From Patellaria atrata CBS 101060 (Eukaryota): DNA of 64,000 nucleotides. Each line of letters begins with the position of its first letter. The first letter of the stretch is position 1. The stretch is taken from positions 620,001 through 684,000 of the forward strand of contig MU006090.1 in NCBI GenBank assembly GCA_010093705.1. The letters are read 5' to 3'. Of the stretch, positions 1 through 11,398 are shown piece by piece. The notes beneath the pieces were generated by a model that saw only the letters and a program-made list of their open reading frames with translations, did no database searches and was not told the DNA's origin. Both the position numbers and the translations under genes were made by a program.

Positions 1-2477
1 TTGCTATCGTCATTTACACCGGATTCGTCATTCCTACTCGGTATATGCTTGGCTGGGCCCGCTGGATCAATTATCTAGACGTGGTTGCTTACGGTTTCGA
101 AGCTCTAATGATTAATGAGTTTCATGATCGCCAGTTTCCGTGCTCGGTCTTCATGCCACCCTTTCCTGACGCTTCAGGCCTTCAGAGGGTCTGTTCTACA
201 GTCGGTGCGCAGCCAGGTTCTGATACCGTTGATGGCGATGCATATATGAATTCCACCTTCGCGTATTATCATTCTCATAAATGGAGGGATTTCGGCATCA
301 TCATAGCATTTATAATCTTCCTGATGTTTACCTATCTAGCCGCCACCGAGTGGATATCAGCTAAGAAATCTAAGGGTGAAGTTCTTGTCTTTCGCCGTGG
401 TAAAGGCCCGGCACATCTCACCAAAGCTTCATCCCAGGACGTCGAAGCTATCTCAGAGAAGCCTGTTGGAGCCGAACACAACTTGAAGTCAGATCCTTCA
501 GCCGTTATCCAAAGGCAGACCGCTATTTTTCACTGGCAAGACGTTTGCTACGATATTAACATCAAGAAGGAAACTCGCAGAATTCTGGATCATGTTGATG
601 GTTGGGTCAAACCTGGTACTCTCACTGCTCTCATGGGTGTATCTGGTGCAGGTAAGACTACTTTACTTGATGTCCTTGCTACTCGTACGACAATTGGAGT
701 CGTCACCGGCGAGATGCTTGTGGACGGGCGACTCAGAGACGCATCATTCCAACGCAAGACTGGTTATGTTCAACAGCAGGATCTCCACCTGTCAACATCT
801 ACTGTTCGGGAGGCTCTGAATTTCAGTGCTCTTCTGCGACAACCCGCGCATATTCCCAAGGCAGAGAAACTGGCATATGTGGATGAAGTCATTAAGCTTC
901 TGGATATGAAAGAATACGCGGATGCAGTCGTTGGTGTTCCTGGAGAAGGTCTCAACGTTGAACAGCGTAAACGTCTCACAATCGGTGTGGAGCTCGCAGC
1001 GAAGCCTGAACTTCTTCTGTTCCTTGATGAACCTACATCAGGTTTGGACAGTCAGACATCATGGGCCATCTGTGATCTGATGGAGAAGCTCACAAAGAAC
1101 GGTCAAGCGGTTCTATGTACCATTCATCAACCCTCTGCCATGTTGTTCCAACGTTTCGATCGACTTCTGTTCCTTGCCAAAGGCGGTAAGACGGTGTATT
1201 TCGGTGAAGTCGGAAAGAACTCTCAAATTTTGATTGACTATTTCGAGCGTAACGGCGGCTTCCCTTGCCCTCGTGATGCTAATCCTGCCGAATGGATGCT
1301 TGAAGTCATTGGCGCAGCACCTGGATCCCACACTGATATCGATTGGTTTGACGTTTGGCGTAACAGCCTAGAATACCAAGAAGTCCAGAGGCATCTCCTG
1401 GAGCTAAAGGAGGAGAGACCATTGGTAACTCAGCCTAAGTCGTCCCCCGATGACAAAGCTAGTTACCGCGAATTCGCAGCACCTTTCGGAGTCCAACTAT
1501 GGGAAGTCCTCAAGCGAGTATTTGAACAGTACTGGCGCACTCCGTCATACATTTACTCTAAGGGGTCTATTTGCGTGTTCTCCGGTCTATTCATCGGTTT
1601 TTCCTTCTTCAACGTCAGGAACAGCCAGCAGGGTCTCCAGAATCAGATGTTCTCACTTTTCGCGCTTATGATAATCTTCGGTCAGCTCGTTCAACAGATT
1701 ATGCCTCTATTCGTTACCCAACGCGCCCTGTACGAGGTTCGAGAGCGTCCATCAAAGGCATACTCGTGGAAAGCTTTCATGATTGCGAACATCATTGTTG
1801 AGATCCCTTGGAACAGTCTTATGGCCGTCTTCATCTTCTTCTGTTGGTACTACCCGATCGGATTATATCGCAATGCCGAGGCCACCGATTCGGTTAACTT
1901 ACGCGGTTTCCAAATGTTCCTCTTCCTCCTGACCTTCCTTCTCTTCACTTGTACATTCGCCGATATGGTCATTGCAGCCATCGAGGACGCGGAAACCGGT
2001 GGCAATATTGCTAATCTTGCGTTCTCTCTCTGCTTGATCTTCTGTGGTGTCCTTGTAGGCCCGGAAGCATTGCCTGGTTTCTGGATCTTTATGTATCGTG
2101 TGTCCCCGTTCACGTATCTTATCTCAGGTATGCTCTCAACAGCGGTCGCGGACACCAATGTTGTGTGTGCCGACAATGAGTTCCTCCACTTCGAACCACC
2201 TTCTGGACAAACATGTGCCGAATACATGGATCCCTTGATTCGAGATGCTATAGGTTATCTGCAACCACAGACCGAAAATTCGACAACAGACTGCAGCTAT
2301 TGTACCATTTCTTCCACCAACTCCTATCTTGCCAGCGTTAACGCTTACTACAGCGAATCGTGGCGCAATTTCGGCATCATGTGGGCTTTCATCATCTTCA
2401 ATATTTTCGGTGCACTCTTTTTCTACTGGCTCGGAAGGGTTCCCAAGAAAACCAATGTGAAAGAGAAGAAGGAATAG
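1..2477 (+). CDS. PDR-family (full-size ABCG) multidrug ABC transporter, 5'-truncated by the window edge
   Basis: The frame is open from base 3 ([15 protein letters not shown]...). It shows the PDR_CDR loop, NBD2 Walker A GVSGAGKT, the degenerate signature [15 protein letters not shown], Walker [13 protein letters not shown] and a second TMD. Stop at 2475-2477. Confidence 0.97.
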   Translation, partial: AIVIYTGFVIPTRYMLGWARWINYLDVVAYGFEALMINEFHDRQFPCSVFMPPFPDASGLQRVCSTVGAQPGSDTVDGDAYMNSTFAYYHSHKWRDFGIIIAFIIFLMFTYLAATEWISAKKSKGEVLVFRRGKGPAHLTKASSQDVEAISEKPVGAEHNLKSDPSAVIQRQTAIFHWQDVCYDINIKKETRRILDHVDGWVKPGTLTALMGVSGAGKTTLLDVLATRTTIGVVTGEMLVDGRLRDASFQRKTGYVQQQDLHLSTSTVREALNFSALLRQPAHIPKAEKLAYVDEVIKLLDMKEYADAVVGVPGEGLNVEQRKRLTIGVELAAKPELLLFLDEPTSGLDSQTSWAICDLMEKLTKNGQAVLCTIHQPSAMLFQRFDRLLFLAKGGKTVYFGEVGKNSQILIDYFERNGGFPCPRDANPAEWMLEVIGAAPGSHTDIDWFDVWRNSLEYQEVQRHLLELKEERPLVTQPKSSPDDKASYREFAAPFGVQLWEVLKRVFEQYWRTPSYIYSKGSICVFSGLFIGFSFFNVRNSQQGLQNQMFSLFALMIIFGQLVQQIMPLFVTQRALYEVRERPSKAYSWKAFMIANIIVEIPWNSLMAVFIFFCWYYPIGLYRNAEATDSVNLRGFQMFLFLLTFLLFTCTFADMVIAAIEDAETGGNIANLAFSLCLIFCGVLVGPEALPGFWIFMYRVSPFTYLISGMLSTAVADTNVVCADNEFLHFEPPSGQTCAEYMDPLIRDAIGYLQPQTENSTTDCSYCTISSTNSYLASVNAYYSESWRNFGIMWAFIIFNIFGALFFYWLGRVPKKTNVKEKKE

Positions 2478-3948
2478 GCGACCTATGCATAGACTTACGA
2501 TGGGGGTCACAGAGGAGTTCGAAGGCGTTATAAGAAAGGCAAATTTCCAGGCAACTGATTTCCTGGCGGTGTACTTGTACAAGATCTTTTCATACATGCT
2601 CTGAGCGATTAATTCCTCAAAGAAGGCGGTCTTTTTCTTTTGTATGCATACAGCGGGTCACCGCAGTCACATAATTCTCTTCTCTCATTACTTCTCTTTC
2701 GAATGTTCTGTGTGTAAAAGTTTGGCTGTTTCGAAGCATTTACAAAAGAGTAGAGTCAGCGGTACATATAATTTAATACAGTGAGGGTATAGCCCACACC
2801 AAAACAGTTCCACTGATCATATGTGATAAGGAATCCGAAAGATTGATTCATAGTAGGTATGGAGTAGTGGGAGTCCTTTACCTTAGGTAGAGAAATGTGG
2901 CCCATTCCTTGGCATTAAACGTTTCCGTCCTATCCCGTCGCTTCAGCTTGAAAAGCTTCTCGCGACATCTTACCGAGAATATAGGCAGAGATAAGTCAAT
3001 TATCCCCATTACTAAACTTATCAAGGGGGCTCACGGCTATCTTATATCTGTGACAGGGAACCACCTTACGTCCTCAATCATCTAACAACCGCACACAGGC
3101 CAGATCAGCATGAACGACATTTCGGAAACACAGAGGCTCTAATCTGGATTCACGCTGGAAGACTCGATCCACAGGTTTCTAACACAGATTACCTTTTGAA
3201 AACATGGGTGACGGAAAGCGCCGGCATCTCATATTGCAAAAAGACATTTTGTGTAAATATGTTCAACGCCTTATATGACCGTCCGTTGGGAGACGCAGAA
3301 CTACGTTACCAGGTCCACGAAATCCTTTGGTTTTCCTAATCTGACGATGGCTAGCAATATCTTCCTCGGACCGAATTATTTATAACTTTTGTAGCTAGAC
3401 GCTACTTCAACTATAACCACTGTTAAGTATTACATCACACCAGGCCATGTTATAGGTGCGAAACACAGGGGCGACTGCCAGGATTGGGACTGCGATGTTC
3501 CCCACACTCATGACTTCGAATAATCCACTATTCAGATGTTAATATCTGCAAGGAACCGTACCGGACCGAGCCACAACATTAGGACTCCAGGAGAAACGGC
3601 CAGTAAGATCACCGAGTATGATTCGATGTGGCGTCTTCCTTCTTGACCTGTTTTGCTCACTAAAGTAAGTAAGTACGCTATAGGACGGAAATAGCAAAAG
3701 GGAAGAGCATAGCGAGAAGTCCGTACTGGCCTAATGTGACGTCCAAAATGACGCAATATGCATGAGAATCAGCGACGCAGTATATATGTTTTCTTCTGTG
3801 AACCGTACCATGGTATTTCTTTGACCGTTCTAGTTTCTTTCATCTATCAAAATCAGATCAACCATCCCTTTAGTGTAGGAGTTCAAATACCCAAGTTCCC
3901 AATTCAACTCATCTCTATCTCAATTCCGTCTCCTTCAATTCCAGTACC

Positions 3949-4880
3949 ATGTTCTCCAAGCAGCCCAGACTCTCAACTCTAGCCCTTTTCACTGCAATGA
4001 TATCTATAGCGTTAGCAGCAGTGACTAATACCAACCTCCAAACCACATTCCCAACCGCCTCTAGCACCACGAACCTCGCCGCTGTCCAAACCATTCTCGC
4101 GAACGAGACTTTCGATGGCGAAATGCTCCAATGGGATCGTAGCCGTACGGACCCCTCTTCCACTATCTCTCCAGATTTCCCTCTCTTCATACACCCCCCT
4201 CTTACTCATTTCCCACCATAATAACCCTCACACACAGCATCCACCTGCAACGAACAAGCCGAAGGCGCCGACGCCGACGCCGTTTTCCTCCTCTTCGACG
4301 GCGCTACCCTCTCCAACGCAATAATCGGCCCCAACAACGGCGAAGGAATCCACTGTCTAAGAGCCTGCACGCTGAACAACATCTGGTGGACCGACGTCTG
4401 CGAAGACGCGGTCACGTTCAAGGGGAACGGTACCGGGACGGTTAACGGAGGCGGCGCGAGGAAGGCAGAGGATAAAGTCATGCAGCATAACGGGCCGGGA
4501 AACGTGGTGGTGAGGAATTTCTACGCCCAGGATGTGGGGAAGGTTTATAGGAGTTGTGGAAACTGCGAGGCGCAGTTTGCGCGGAACTCGAGGTTTGAGA
4601 ATTTGTTTGTTGAGGACGCCGGCGTAGTTGTGGGGGTTAATGGGAATTTGGGGGGTAAGTTGAACTGATATACCCTGTCTACTGTTTTGTGAGGAGTTGT
4701 GTACTGATGCGAGCAGATACTACGTTCATTTCCGATTCGTGTGTTAAGGGCTCGGTGGGAGCGAAGGGGATATGTAATTTGTATGAGGGAAATGATAATG
4801 GTGGCGAACCTACTAAGACGGCTGGTGTGCCGGATGGGGTGACGTGCGCGACGAGTGGGATTAGGACTACAGATTGTTAG
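3949..4880 (+). CDS. Secreted pectate lyase, family PL3 (3 exons: 3949-4144, 4238-4654, 4717-4880)
   Basis: Hydrophobic signal peptide. GT-AG introns 4145-4237 and 4655-4716 join in frame and give PL3 motifs GATLSNAIIG, EGIHC, WWTDVCEDAVT, DKVMQHNG and YRSCGNC. Confidence 0.93.
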
Positions 4881-5323
4881 GTAGGATACGCAGATATATA
4901 TTAAGGTTCATACGATAAGTATATCCCCCTTTTGAGGTAGGTCGATGTCTCCTCTCCACTTCGGGGTTTCCTAGAAACACTCTGGCGCAAGTCTTTGAAA
5001 GTTATGAAGAGTAGTTTGATGTATCACTTTGATTTGATTTACGTTTCGTTATATTATGCTTGTTTTCCTATACGTCCAGGTCAGTAGTAAGCATATATAT
5101 ATTAGACATTCATATGGATCTATACTTTTTGTATAGTCGAGGGGTTATTGCTTCTTTCCTCTTTAATGCGATCCCTACACCTATTACTTACCTTCTCTCA
5201 GGGTCGGTCACAAAATATGCACACAAAAGCCGTCCAGGTCACCTGACGTACAAAAAGTCAACCCGCTCCTTCTCAAAACAGTATTTCGGCCCTCAAGAAT
5301 ATATTCGGCTCCGGCCAAGGTAA

Positions 5324-5498
5324 ATCCTCATAGGGCATATGGTGCGTTAGGTTCTCCCGACCAGAACGAAGCGACAACCCATCATGGCGCCCCGGGTTCA
5401 ATTCCCGCTGGGACTCAGTGTCAATATAATTGTGACAGTGCTGAGGTGATAAGGAGGGGAGGGCCTTATCAAGACCGGACAGAGTCCGGTTTGTTTTT
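5324..5498 (+). ncRNA. Candidate Pol III-transcribed structured RNA with a tRNA-like 5' domain (not a canonical tRNA)
   Basis: A-box-like TAGGGCATATGG at 5331-5342. B-box/T-arm CGGG-TTCAATT-CCCG at 5393-5407. Hairpins at 5333-5392, 5414-5445, 5447-5471 and 5474-5490. TTTTT at 5494-5498. AT-rich element ~20-25 nt upstream. Confidence 0.5.
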
Positions 5499-6180
5499 GA
5501 TATTTTTTTCATTCATTTTTTCTATATATTTCTTTGTGATTGATGCTTTGTAGAATTCGATTTCTTTTTGTCCTATCTATTTATCAGTTGACTTCACAGA
5601 AAGCGGAGAGCTGCTCATACTATAGGCGTTACTTATATGATCATTTGCTGGTAGTTGATTGTTTTTGGCAAGCTTACAGAGCGTGGAGAAGTGCTAAAGG
5701 CGAGTGAGTGGAAGGTAAATTGCAAAATCTCCTGGATGGGTGACAGTGCAAGGCGAATGGGATGGATGAGGTGGGTATTTATAACTCAAACATTCTCTAA
5801 AAGTTTTTCTTTTACAACATTGGATCACATCTTGTTCATCGCTTGCGGTTCTCGCTGTGTGTCCAACCGTCTGTCGTTCACTCTACCGGTCGTAAATAGA
5901 TACTTCTCACTTGACAGTTCTCACAATTCCATTTCACTTTCTCTTTCTCTTTTACGGTCAACCTTCAGTCAATTCCTATTTCTGAATTTCTCTGGAAATC
6001 CCATCTCCTTCCTTTCACCGAGGCCATATCCTCGTCAGTCTCAAACAACTGGATCTCAGCAACTACAAATGAGTTCAAGGTTCATCATATCTCTCTATTC
6101 ACAGTTTATAAATTACGAACGTCGTCTTACGTGTGGAATTTCTAGCTGTTTATCAGAGTTCAGCTGACTCATGCAACTAA

Positions 6181-6415
6181 GTTGATATCTCACGAGCACT
6201 TCTTTCCTTCTTCTACGCTCCACCTTCCATCCGATAACCTTTCTTCAGCAACTGAAGACTATAACAGCTTTTTGATATCGGAAGTTCATTTGATATCTCG
6301 ACTTCCGAGCTATTTGGTCTGGTTCAACTGAATTAGCTATCGAGCCAGGTTGATATCTTACAGGGTACTTCTTTGCTTCTTCTACGTTGCGCCTTCCATC
6401 CAACAATCTTCTTCA
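6181..6415. repeat. Diverged ~67-bp direct repeat (6181-6247 and 6349-6415)
   Basis: Manual alignment of GTTGATATCT...CTTCTTCTACG...CCTTCCATCC...TTCTTCA gives about 10 substitutions and 2 single-base indels. Confidence 0.8.
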
Positions 6416-7074
6416 ATATCGAACAACTTCTCGCACGTCTCCGATGATTCGGATCCCTTACACCCAGTCTATTCGGAGGCTCGTTTAGGGTGAACAAACT
6501 TCAAACGTAGTTGCGCAGTTTTGTCTTCGCATCGATAAATACGGACGTTGACCGTGGAAAGCATCTTTCATCCAACTCCAGAAGAGCGTACCTTACTCCC
6601 TTAACGTGGTTCGAGGATCAGTCCATTTTGCGCTTCCCATCTTTATCATTTCTCTCGCCCCCATCTCTTCATTTGTTCTACTTTTCACCATTTACCCGTT
6701 TAGATCGATTGACATTCCGTTGTTTGGGAGTTCAACATCACGTTTCCTTCTAGCACAGGTCTCCCGAAGGGAGAGCATATCGCTTCCCTGTAACCTTTCT
6801 TCTGGTTTCATACATCATTTCCTTTTCACTCGCACAGTTTTAGCAAAGATCGCACCTGCATATTGCCATGGGTTCCCCTTCACCTGAGTCTCACACCTCA
6901 GACGTAGGTAATACACAGTAAGTCCACTTATCAACAGGACCACTCAATCACCCGTTCACAAGTATATAGGTCTTTATATGCTTCCCCCTTTCAAATCTTC
7001 ACGGGACCAGAGAAAAACCGGAAACTATGCGTAACTCATAAAGAGCTTTTCTCGTCGAAATCCGAATACATAGA

Positions 7075-8688
7075 AGCCCTCTGCGCCTCCGGGCGGCCAC
7101 ACGGCTTGAAATTTAGCAAACTTGAAGATCTAAAACTGGCTTTTGACAAGGCATGCGAAGGGACTAGTGAAAACGGACTCAACGGTGCCGAAAAGGTATG
7201 GATAAACTTCCCTACCCGTTTACTCAGATAGAAAAGAAGCCCACGATCATATACAGCCTATTTCAATACTACTCCACGTCTATGACGCAATGTCTCCCAT
7301 TCTTCATGAGGCAAATGAAGCCCTCATAGATATTGCTCGAAAGCATGGAGCATCCACTCCAAATCCGGCAGCTCCGAAGAAGGCCAGCGCTGGTGACCGT
7401 CAAGGTCGTCGCGGCAGAGGCACTACTTCATCAACTAACCGTACCACCCCTGGCACTACAATACCACAACCCAGAGATGCTTCGTCTAGAGCCGGTTCTC
7501 CTACTAGAGTAACACCACAATACGTTTCATCCTCAGAATCATCTTCAGGCGCTGAATCTTTTCCTCGGAACGCTGCCCACGCTATTCTAAAGGCTATTAT
7601 CAGTAAAAAGACACCCAACGTCATGGCAGAATTTCAAAGCTATATCGATGCTGAGATCAATTTGGTTAGCTCCTCTACAGACCTCCAAGTCGCTGCCGGG
7701 TTAGGAAAGTTGTATCTCCCTGACGCCTCTGAGACAACCGTCTCCATAATGGTCGAATGGGATGTACGGAGGCATCCTGACACAAGACATCAATACGTTA
7801 GAACTGTGCAGGCTATATATCCTCGCGGCCGAATTGGGCGTTGAGAAGCTGGTGACGCTGTCATTTGAAAGACTCGTCAAACATAAGGAGAAGTGGCTGC
7901 CAGATGAGAAGAATCGGAACTTGAAAGTGCTGGTGAGAATTATATATTACATTCAACAAGTGGAGATGAAGTTGATCAAACAGGAGAAGGAAGATGGGAA
8001 GCAAGGAAGAAATGCGGGCGTAAGCACCAACAATAAGATGAGAGCCATTGAACCTGCTCAGAAGAGGAAGTCAAATCCCACCAATGCAAATACAAGTGCA
8101 GGCTCGGGCAGGGAGATCCCACCTCCAGATTCCATTCCCGCACTGCAGAAGTTGCAATATATAGTCGTCGACGCTCTCATCAACTCTCCAAATGGTCCCA
8201 GGGTGATACCGTCACTTGTCAAGTTCATGGAGCGCGGCTTTTTGAGCAGAGTGGTTTCTGGATTGGCTCGCAAGCTGGTGGATTCTGAGCGCGAGAAATT
8301 GCAGACGGAGTCAAATGAGGAAGTTGCCAAGGAAAGAGATGGTCAATCCTGGATTGAGAAATGGGTTCATGGCGATGGACATGTCAAAGAGAACGGGAAG
8401 AGGACAGCGGAGAGTGGTGTAATAGTACTCGAGACAGACGACACTAGAGTTGAAAAAGTCAGTACCCCAAAGCGTGCGAAACACGAGCACGAACATAAGA
8501 CAGTCACCACCGGCACCCAGGATGTTGACGATGCGCTGAGAGCTCACTACGATGGTATTCTGCCGGAGATCAATGCGTACGGGGCCGTTTTCAAGGACTC
8601 TCAGGGTGGTGCGACTAGTGGAGATGGTAGTTTTGGCGATTACGAGAGCAGTGTCATTGAGCGTGCGAATTCGGTTGCTCAGAACTAG
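7075..8688 (+). pseudogene. Hypothetical protein with a BTB/POZ-like segment, interrupted by a +1 frameshift (pseudogene or sequence error); start uncertain
   Basis: Intron 7196-7256 links an upstream exon in frame to ORF 7290-7844. Deleting one G at 7759-7761 joins ...LPDASETTVSIMVEW to MYGG...LCRLYILAAELGVEKL, which resembles the fungal BTB 'V.WLY.G...LY.LA..L' pattern. Confidence 0.55.
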
Positions 8689-11398
8689 CTGAGTAAACAT
8701 TGGAAATTTGTCTGCAGATATTTCTTGCTGGAGCAAATCAAAATCTGGGATTCATTTGGTTGGACATGGAGGATGAGATATCATTCTGCACATTCAAACG
8801 GAGTATGGTGTCCATAGAAGAGTTTTTGATATTACTCATCATGCGGTTTGGAGGAGCTTTCATCAGTTAGCTCAAGTCCTTTGTCTTATTTTGAAAGATG
8901 CAGAAAATTGAGCGTCATGAAGGAGTGATTTGCGTGGTTCCTTGACTAGTTCCTTTGGTCAAATTCTCAATACACGCTTATTGCCCAAAGTGGGAGGTCT
9001 ACTTAAAAATACGATTCTCACTCGTGTCCCTCCGGCTATAAATTGCTACTCTCCCTCCCGTCTTCTTCCCTTCTTCACTAACTCCTTACCTTTAACAATC
9101 CTCTACTTTACGCTCTTGCGCTCATTCATCACCTACGTCCCAACCATACTCCTTAACCTGTTCTGCTCAAGGGAAGTCCTACACTTATAGTTCCTGAGCT
9201 ATCTTCAGTACTTTGTTCAGCTTTTGCTCCATCTCTTCTAATTATTCCTCCTATACTCATTCCTCGCTTAGTTATTCCTCTTCTACTTCCCGTCATCCCT
9301 ATCCGCCTCATTTCCTTTCAGCTCAAACGACGACACTAATACTCACATCACTTACCCCTATCCCCTCCCCTAACTTCTTACTTATCTACCTAACTCTTGT
9401 TCTTCTCCATAACCTCTCTCCTACCCTCTTAGCTTTCTCCCCTACAAGGAATATATACCTTTAACTATTCCTATCCCTCCATTCATATCCCTCTATTCCT
9501 ATCCCATCCTCATATCCCCCACTCTATCCCTCCTCCTAACCCCTTTCCCATCATTCCTCCATCTCCTCCATCCTCCTCGTACCCCCTCCCCCAAACCAAA
9601 CTCAACCAATCCACATGACCGTCCTATTCCCCATTCCACTTATTCCACACACATCTCAGTCTCTTCTTTCAAGCCCACCCCCCTTTCTCCTCCTCCAACT
9701 CACCACGCTCCACCCATACACACCTAACCTAACTCATCTAACCGCCTATTCACTCTTACCACTCAACCAATCCATCCTATACACACACCTAACACTCAAC
9801 ACTCCAAGACCCATATCATCGACTCACATCCCCACACGCGTTTGCACTACCTCGGATCAATCATCCGTGTCACGCATTCACGTCTTCTATATCTCTTGCC
9901 ATCTCGCCATCTCACCAATCCTATCCCCGCAGATTTTATCCCACACCCCTTCCCCTTCCCACCAATTTCAACCCCTTATCCCAAATACCCAAGCACCCAA
10001 GCACCTCCCCCGCTTCTCAAACACGCTCTTCGCCCACCATCCACCATGCACATCCAACCCGACTGGAGTGCGAGTTTGCTGCCTCCTTTCTCCTCCTTCC
10101 CCACGTCCTCTTCTCCCTTCCCGAAAAAAGTCTCCCAAAAGAAAAGTCTCCCAACAACCCCAAAGCCAAAATAAAAGGAAAGTGCAGGACACACCCAATC
10201 CCGCCTTCCTTCCATCCAACCTCCCCCAAACAGATAATAGCGTAGACGGATCGGATATACAACAGACGGGGAAAAAAGTTGGAGAGGGGGATGGGGGGAT
10301 GGAGCTGGTATGGAACGTAAACCCGAAGAGACCATATGCGAACGGAGTCCCAGGGGGACGTGGAGTTCGAGTGTGTGCCCAGTACAAAAGAAAGCGTCGT
10401 ATACGGAAGCACGCAAACCGAGCGAGAGAGAAGAGATCCCATCTTCCGTACGTGTGGTATGCAAATCACAGAAACGAGCTGACTTTGTATGGGAAGTGCA
10501 CTCGCAGTACCTCTTCGCCCAAAGTAAAATCACACACGACATCACAAAATCTCAAACCAGCATATTTTGAAAATACAATTCTTATTTCCTCTCTAGTAGA
10601 ATAAAAACACCATTTCAACCCTCGGTTCTAATCCTAATAGGCTTCCTTGAAGTCCCCACGTCCACCACTACCATCACCACGCAAAACAACGTCATATATA
10701 GTAAACTCGGATGCAACCAGCCCACTGTGGACGTGCAAAGCCGATCCAACGGCCCAACCGACCGTTCCATCATATACATCCTCCTCAGTCGTTTCCCCAT
10801 CCACCACTCGCCCAAAGAATACTCATAGTGCGGTTCGTGACCTATCCCGACGACACCACCAAAACCGGCACAAACCTTGACGCCAGCCGCAACATTATTT
10901 TGCGTCACGGATCCGCCGGCGCCGCTTCTTCCCTATTGGAGCGAAAAGAAAAGAAGGAAAAAGAAAGAATGGAGGAGAATGGACGAAAGTAAAAACACGA
11001 AGCAAAATCTGACTGGAAAGAAACAAACCACCGACCAAACTAACTGGCTGTATATACAATGCAAACATTCAGAGTTAGCGGGCCAGCACTTGACGCCGTT
11101 GAAAAAAAAAAATGAAAAAAAAGGGAAAGTGAATGCAAAGACTCTAAGTCTAAAAGAAAGCTTGACCGAAAGGAAAGAACAATTTTGATCCGACGATTAA
11201 AGAATAGTGTACAAGGTCCAGATGAATCGTTGATGGATCGTTAATTTGTAAGGGCGATCGTGGTGGTCAGGAAGGATAATAATAGGGCCGTCTACTTTGC
11301 TCTAGGCTGCTCGTACGTGGCGCTGCTCATGCCTACCTTCATGCTTGTAAGCTTGATTATATGAGGATGATTGCTGGATGTTCGAGCCGCCGGAGAGA

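Noticed and set aside
5324..5416. Canonical tRNA gene (e.g. Gly-CCC, from AACCCAT at 5376-5382)
   Set aside because: The anticodon stem does not pair (GCGAC vs CATGG), there is no U33, the acceptor stem is mismatched, and no intron removal I tried restores a cloverleaf.
9615..11188. 329-aa and neighbouring ORFs
   Set aside because: Low-complexity C/T- or A-rich sequence with no recognisable motifs. The open frames are explained by base composition.
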